Assembly (NCBI GenBank): GCA_902627615.1
Contig: CACOJW010000001.1
Location: 71,342-135,341 of the forward strand
Source: an uncultured marine group III euryarchaeote
Lineage (GTDB): Archaea; Thermoplasmatota; Poseidoniia; MGIII; CG-Epi1
Direction of reading: 5' to 3'
Length of the DNA: 64,000 nucleotides
Part shown: one piece after another, positions 59,740 to 64,000 of the stretch
Numbering within the stretch: the stretch's first letter is position 1
How the letters are laid out: the number at the start of each line of letters is the position of its first letter
Program-made: the position numbers and the translations under genes
The notes under the pieces: model-generated
Seen by the model: the letters and a program-made list of their open reading frames with translations, nothing else
Database searches by the model: none
Told to the model about the DNA's origin: nothing

Positions 59740-60174
59740 TTACTGGGTTATGATATCTAATTCTCTTTCCATTTTTCTACGGCATTCATAATTTTCATCT
59801 AGGTGATGCCAATGGTTTACGTTCCTTTCTCCAAGCCTATATGAAAGAAAAACAGTTTCTATTCCCCTTAGTGAATTAAAGTTTACAACCCCTAATGTAG
59901 GATCATCAACTTCTATTCCCATTTGGCCTAGGTCAAGAATTATATTATTAACATTGTTAATATTTTTTTCTAATTCTAGTTGCAGTTCTTCCCAACCTGG
60001 CTTTAGAGCGGCCCTGTAATCATCTCTGACTTCTTCCATTATTTCTTCTAATTGTTCTTCAAGCATCTCTTGCCTTACTGAATATTCAGACAAATTAGAT
60101 AGTATGGGATTAATTACAGAGAGTAAGCTATCAGCTTCTTCCACGGTGAATAGCCTTGTGGCATTCCTTACCAT
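59740..60174 (-). CDS. DUF2203 family protein
   Basis: FTVEEA..LL N-terminus, GVVNF...FLSYRLGE...WH and RR. Start is the ATG at 60174. Confidence 0.82.
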   Translation of the reverse strand: MVRNATRLFTVEEADSLLSVINPILSNLSEYSVRQEMLEEQLEEIMEEVRDDYRAALKPGWEELQLELEKNINNVNNIILDLGQMGIEVDDPTLGVVNFNSLRGIETVFLSYRLGERNVNHWHHLDENYECRRKMERELDIITQ

Positions 60175-60276
60175 GGAATTGTCTAAATAGAAAAGGGCAA
60201 ATAAATAGAACGGTACCCCTGAGATACATGGAAACATTCAATAATCGGCTTTTCTATGCGCTTAAATATTGTTTCC

Positions 60277-63084
60277 ATGACTAAATTACATTCCCATCCA
60301 GACACATTTGTCCGTAGGCATATCGGCCCTTCATCTGCAGAAATTACATCTATGTTAGAATACTTAGGATTTCAAAATTTATCAGACTTTTCTAATTCTA
60401 TAGTTCCGGATGCTATAAGAGAACAGGGTTCATTGAATATCCCAAATGCTTTATCCGAATCTGAGGCCATCAGTAAATTAAATTCCTTAGCATCAGGCAA
60501 TAAAGTCTTTAAAAATTATTTAGGGCATGGGTATTATGGGACTATAACTCCTGGTGTAATAAAGAGAAATGTACTTGAAAATCCAGGATGGTACACGCAA
60601 TATACTCCATACCAAGCTGAAATCGCTCAAGGAAGGTTAGAGGCCCTTCTAAATTTCCAGACCATGATTTGCGATTTCACAGGTATGGAGATTGCTAATG
60701 CTTCGTTGTTAGATGAAGCTACAGCGGCAGCTGAAGCTATGAGTATGGCTTGTAATGCACTACGTGGCCGGCGTTCGACATTTATTTTAGATAAAGAAAT
60801 TAATTCACAAACAGTCAATGTTGTAAAAACTAGGGCTGAGCCTTTAAATCTAAAAGTTAAGACTGATTTCGAATCGATTGATGAAGATACTTTTGCCATT
60901 TTATTGCAATATCCAAACAATATAGGTTCTATCGAAGATTATTCAAACCTAGTTGAAAAAGCACATGAAAATGGAACTCTTGTTATTGTTGCAACTGATT
61001 TATTGTCACTTTGTTTGTTAAAACCTCCTGGTGAGTGGGGCGCAGATATAGTAATAGGTAATTCTCAAAGGTTTGGAGTCCCAATGGGTTTTGGAGGTCC
61101 TCATGCAGCTTTTATGGCAACTAAGGAAAAATATAAAAGAAATTTACCAGGTAGATTAGTAGGAGTTTCAAAGGATCGTCATGGAAATAATGCTTTGAGA
61201 TTAGCATTACAAACTAGAGAGCAACACATACGTAGAGATAGAGCAACTAGTAATATTTGTACTGCACAAGTTCTTTTGGCCATCATGTCTTCGATGTACG
61301 CAGTATATCATGGTCCAGATAAACTTAGAAAGATAGCGGAAAGAGTAAATTATCTTACAAACGTCTTGAATCATAGTTTATCATCAGGAGGTTATGAGGT
61401 AGGTTCAGATAGCTTCTTTGATACTATCAAAATTACTAAGAAGGATAAAAATATAATTAAGAAAGCCCATGCTCAAAAAGTTAATTTTTGGGATTATGGT
61501 AACTCTATAGGCATATCTTTAGATGAGACAACTACAGTTGATGACGTTCAATTTCTTTTAGATTTATTTGGAGTTAAATGGGTTGAGCCTTCGAAAATAA
61601 GCATTCCTAAACCTTTGATCAGAGAATCAGACTATTTGACTAATCCAATTTTTAATAAATATCATTCAGAAACTGAGATGTTAAGATATATTCACAAATT
61701 AGAATCTAAGGATTTATCTTTGAATACAACTATGATTCCTCTAGGCTCATGTACTATGAAGCTTAATGCGGTTGCAGAAATGGAGGCAGTTACTTGGCCT
61801 GAATTTTCGGATCTCCATCCCTATGCACCCATTGATCAAGCCTCAGGATACTTGGAACTGTTTTCAAATTTAGAATCGTGGTTATCAGAAATAACTGGTT
61901 TTGCAGGAATTTCTTTACAACCTAATGCAGGTAGCCAGGGAGAATATGCAGGTATGCTTGCTATTAGTGGTTATCATAAATATAGAAAAGATTTCGACAG
62001 AAAAGTATGTCTAATTCCGGAGTCAGCACACGGTACTAATCCTGCATCAGCAGTAATGGCAGGAATGAAGGTAGTGGGTATTAGCTGCGATGACTCAGGT
62101 AATATCGATTTAGAAGATCTTAAGGTGAAAGCAGCCTCTCACTCTTCACAGTTAGCAGCTATAATGATTACTTATCCCTCAACACATGGTGTATTTGAGG
62201 AAGCAATAAAGGAAGTTTGTGAAATTGTACACTCACACGGAGGTCAAGTTTACATGGATGGAGCTAACATGAATGCCATGGTTGGACTCTGCAAGCCTAG
62301 AGACATAGGGGCAGATGTATGTCATCTCAATCTTCACAAAACTTTCTGTATTCCTCATGGAGGTGGAGGTCCAGGTATGGGTCCTATTGGTGTTGCATCA
62401 CATTTAGCTGATTTCCTTCCATCCAATCCTATTTCTCCACAAGGATTAGTTGGTCCAGTTTCAGCAACTAATTGGGGCAGTGCAAGTATTTTACCAATAT
62501 CTTGGGCATACATTGCAATGATGGGTCCAGAGGGATTGAAGGAGGCTACCCAGATAGCGATATTGAATGCTAATTATGTAGCTAAACGTCTTTCAAAGAG
62601 CTATAATGTTTTGTACACTGGGAAGGGAGGTTTTGTTGCCCACGAATGCATAATTGATACTAGAGAATTATTATCTGAAGCCGGATTGGTGATAGATGAT
62701 ATCGCTAAAAGACTCATAGATTATGGCTATCATGCACCTACTATGTCTTGGCCAGTACCTAGTACCTTGATGATAGAACCAACTGAGTCAGAATCAAAAA
62801 CAGAGCTTGATAGATTTTGTGAGGCAATGGTATCTATAAAATTAGAAATAGATGAACTTGGAGATTCATCAGACAATGTATTGAGTGGCGCACCTCACAC
62901 GGCTTTAGAAATTTCTTCAGATGATTGGTCACATCCATATTCAAGAATGAAAGCAGCTTACCCCTCTTCTTACACAAAAGAATCTAAATTCTGGCCAGCA
63001 GTTGGCAGAATTGATAATACATGGGGAGACAGAAACCTTGTATGCTCATGCCCAGGTGTGGAATCTTATATGGAGGATAATTAA
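60277..63084 (+). CDS. gcvP: Glycine dehydrogenase (decarboxylating), single-chain P protein
   Basis: [32 protein letters not shown] and PLP-lysine motif HLNLHKTF. Start is 60277 or 60256. Confidence 0.97.
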   Translation: MTKLHSHPDTFVRRHIGPSSAEITSMLEYLGFQNLSDFSNSIVPDAIREQGSLNIPNALSESEAISKLNSLASGNKVFKNYLGHGYYGTITPGVIKRNVLENPGWYTQYTPYQAEIAQGRLEALLNFQTMICDFTGMEIANASLLDEATAAAEAMSMACNALRGRRSTFILDKEINSQTVNVVKTRAEPLNLKVKTDFESIDEDTFAILLQYPNNIGSIEDYSNLVEKAHENGTLVIVATDLLSLCLLKPPGEWGADIVIGNSQRFGVPMGFGGPHAAFMATKEKYKRNLPGRLVGVSKDRHGNNALRLALQTREQHIRRDRATSNICTAQVLLAIMSSMYAVYHGPDKLRKIAERVNYLTNVLNHSLSSGGYEVGSDSFFDTIKITKKDKNIIKKAHAQKVNFWDYGNSIGISLDETTTVDDVQFLLDLFGVKWVEPSKISIPKPLIRESDYLTNPIFNKYHSETEMLRYIHKLESKDLSLNTTMIPLGSCTMKLNAVAEMEAVTWPEFSDLHPYAPIDQASGYLELFSNLESWLSEITGFAGISLQPNAGSQGEYAGMLAISGYHKYRKDFDRKVCLIPESAHGTNPASAVMAGMKVVGISCDDSGNIDLEDLKVKAASHSSQLAAIMITYPSTHGVFEEAIKEVCEIVHSHGGQVYMDGANMNAMVGLCKPRDIGADVCHLNLHKTFCIPHGGGGPGMGPIGVASHLADFLPSNPISPQGLVGPVSATNWGSASILPISWAYIAMMGPEGLKEATQIAILNANYVAKRLSKSYNVLYTGKGGFVAHECIIDTRELLSEAGLVIDDIAKRLIDYGYHAPTMSWPVPSTLMIEPTESESKTELDRFCEAMVSIKLEIDELGDSSDNVLSGAPHTALEISSDDWSHPYSRMKAAYPSSYTKESKFWPAVGRIDNTWGDRNLVCSCPGVESYMEDN

Positions 63085-63326
63085 TGCCAAAAATAAAGAT
63101 GTATGGAACTCCAACCTGTAAAGATTGTGTAATAGCAAAACAGGTTTTTCAAGAGTTAAAAACAGATTATGATTTTATAGATATGACAAATGATGAGGAA
63201 GCAACAAAAAAGGCAATAGAACTCAATAATGGATTTAGACGAATACCTGTAATTGTCTTTGAAGATGAGTCCATTTTAGTCGAGCCAACAGCGGAAGAAT
63301 TAAGGGCCAAGATGGCTTCAGATTAG
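63084..63326 (+). CDS. Glutaredoxin/NrdH/mycoredoxin-like protein
   Basis: CKDC active site, RIPVI cis-Pro motif and LVEP; TAATG-coupled to gcvP. Confidence 0.88.
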   Translation: MPKIKMYGTPTCKDCVIAKQVFQELKTDYDFIDMTNDEEATKKAIELNNGFRRIPVIVFEDESILVEPTAEELRAKMASD

Positions 63327-63329
63327 CCA

Positions 63330-63348
63330 TTTTTCACCTATTTTTTTT
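63330..63348 (+). terminator. Oligo-T archaeal terminator after the gcvP-grx genes
   Basis: T5 and T8 runs immediately after the stop at 63326. Confidence 0.5.
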
Positions 63349-63350
63349 AA

Positions 63351-63417
63351 GGTAAGGCTTTTTATGGGTCAGTTAAAGTGCAAATTCGGTGTTTGATGCA
63401 TAAGACACCTCTTGGAG
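63351..63417 (+). promoter_or_regulatory. Promoter and 5' leader (TATA-like box, dyad, Shine-Dalgarno) of the final gene
   Basis: TTTTTAT at 63359-63365, near-palindrome at 63388-63409, and GGAG at 63414-63417 before the ATG at 63424. Confidence 0.5.
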
Positions 63418-63423
63418 AAAAAT

Positions 63424-64000
63424 ATGGCAACTAGAATCTCGAAAGCAGTTTTGCTTGCTACCCTAATGTTGGGTACAGCTTTGGTAATGTTCAGTCCTCC
63501 GGCTGAAGCTCAGGCAGCTGTTGCTTATTCAATTAGCTTTACAAACGGGCAAGTTACACTTGACGTTCGACCTGGAGCAAGTGGAGTAGGTTGTACCGAG
63601 ATGGTTGTTACCAACGAAGGTCAAGCAACAATCGATGTCGACGTTGCGCTGTCTGGAGGAGGAGTTACTATTTCACCAGGTGCAGTTTCAGTTACGTTAG
63701 CTCCTGGAGGAAGTATTACAGTTCCGATTTGTGCTCTAGCTTTAACTCGATCATCGTATAAAACCGTTCAAGTTAATGCTTTAGCCTCAGGACGTGAAAC
63801 AAATACACAGCTAAATCAAGTTAACAAAAACGCAGGTTTTGCAGTTATCGTTGAGCAATACGCTAGGTTGTCAGTTCAAGCTACACAACCTTTCCAAAGA
63901 ATAGGACCCGGTAAAGAATTTGTCTTAACTTTTACCGCAGTTAACAACGGAAATTACCAAGATACTGTCGCGGTTGAGGTTCTGAATCAAAAAGATCTTG
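63424..64000 (+). CDS. Secreted surface protein (Ig-like; possibly choice-of-anchor T family), 3'-truncated and absent from the ORF track
   Basis: Translated by hand: MATRISKAVLLATLMLGTALVMFSPPAEA signal peptide, then LDVRPG...TNEG...VNNGNYQD. Open to the window end. Confidence 0.8.
   Translation, partial: MATRISKAVLLATLMLGTALVMFSPPAEAQAAVAYSISFTNGQVTLDVRPGASGVGCTEMVVTNEGQATIDVDVALSGGGVTISPGAVSVTLAPGGSITVPICALALTRSSYKTVQVNALASGRETNTQLNQVNKNAGFAVIVEQYARLSVQATQPFQRIGPGKEFVLTFTAVNNGNYQDTVAVEVLNQKDL

Noticed and set aside
60175-60237. N-terminal extension of DUF2203
   Set aside because: It falls in the divergent promoter region; the family motif starts after the ATG at 60174.
60175-60277. Glycine riboswitch upstream of gcvP
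   Set aside because: The region is too short and lacks the conserved aptamer core; only a simple inverted repeat is present.
1-64000. CRISPR arrays, rRNA, IS elements, long tandem DNA repeats
   Set aside because: None were seen by eye. Intergenic spaces are nearly all under about 130 nt and the only GC-rich structured RNA is the tRNA.

Overview
Gene-dense, AT-rich archaeal chromosome segment. It carries TFB, pelota, archaeal NAC, TiaS, archease, ABCE1, class III signal-peptide pilins and an initiator tRNA-Met. The mix of archaeal informational genes with bacterial-type metabolic genes (single-chain GcvP, PntAB, PPDK, mitochondrial-type aconitase, RmuC), an MMPL/RND transporter and large surface proteins suggests a marine Thermoplasmatota (Marine Group II/III-like); this assignment is inference only. 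About 64 CDSs and one tRNA are supported. No CRISPR, rRNA, integrase or transposase was seen. The best lead is at 11340-12462: two adjacent ORFs resemble the N-terminal catalytic and C-terminal domains of the eukaryotic ribosomal uS12 prolyl hydroxylase OGFOD1/Tpa1. The second domain lies in the +1 frame, and the junction is TCC-TGA, the same codon pair as the antizyme +1 frameshift site. Other leads are an ABCE1 with a remodelled Fe-S cysteine pattern, a RusA resolvase in a housekeeping operon, a DRAM/Frag1/Sfk1-like membrane protein and two distinct type IV pilus/Tad loci. All family calls come from motif recognition by eye, not database searches.
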